Positions 18,700-18,942 of a stretch of 18,942 nucleotides of DNA are shown one piece after another. Below the pieces are notes generated by a model. The model was not told the origin of the DNA. It saw only the letters and a list, made by a program, of their open reading frames with translations, and did no database searches. The position numbers and the translations under genes were made by a program. Where the stretch lies: assembly GCF_006345805.1 (NCBI RefSeq), contig NW_021824398.1:1-18942 (forward strand), read 5' to 3'. The stretch's first letter is position 1; every line of letters begins with the position of its first letter. The stretch comes from Octopus sinensis (Eukaryota).

Positions 18700-18875
18700 A
18701 TTATAACATCAGTTTCTAACATAAACGCAAGGCTATTTCATTATATTTGTCATATGACTGGTATTTAACTAACGTTATGATTCTAAATTTTTCTTTGCTC
18801 GTCTTAGGTAAAGTCGACCTCGGCAGAGTGTGAACTAAGCATTTCGCCCAGCATGCTAACGATCCTGCCAGCTCT
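18700..18875 (-). mobile_element. SINE family D (array copy 5), rearranged/deleted
   Basis: AAAGTCGACCTCGGCAGAG..GAAC / TAAGCATTTCGCCCAGCATGCTAACGATCCTGCCAGCTC. Confidence 0.78.
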
Positions 18876-18942
18876 GTAAGATCAGACTCATCACATTTGT
18901 AGGCGAAAGTTGCAAACTCAGGATATTAATACGATTGATAGC

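Overview
AT-rich, microsatellite-saturated eukaryotic DNA. The repeat families match what I recall of Octopus (coleoid cephalopod) repeats; this is recognition from memory, not a database result. Almost all ORFs in the supplied track are translations of (TA)n/(CA)n/(GAT)n/(ATT)n tracts. The window is a mosaic of: (1) about 20 tRNA-derived SINE copies or fragments in several head/core/tail combinations, including two head-to-tail arrays and one insertion with a perfect 15-bp TSD; (2) rolling-circle non-autonomous elements (two Helitron-type, two Helentron/HINE-type); (3) an internally deleted mariner transposon (12087-12641); (4) several foldback/MITE-like elements; (5) a (TA)n-embedded Penelope-like fragment carrying a minimal type I hammerhead ribozyme motif with a non-canonical core (17194-17231, minus strand). 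No full-length protein-coding gene is evident. Three short minus-strand segments with good splice signals (15701-15726, 13011-13048, 10899-10935) may be micro-exons of a host gene, in which case the window would be mostly intronic. SINE family letters A, B and D are my own labels.
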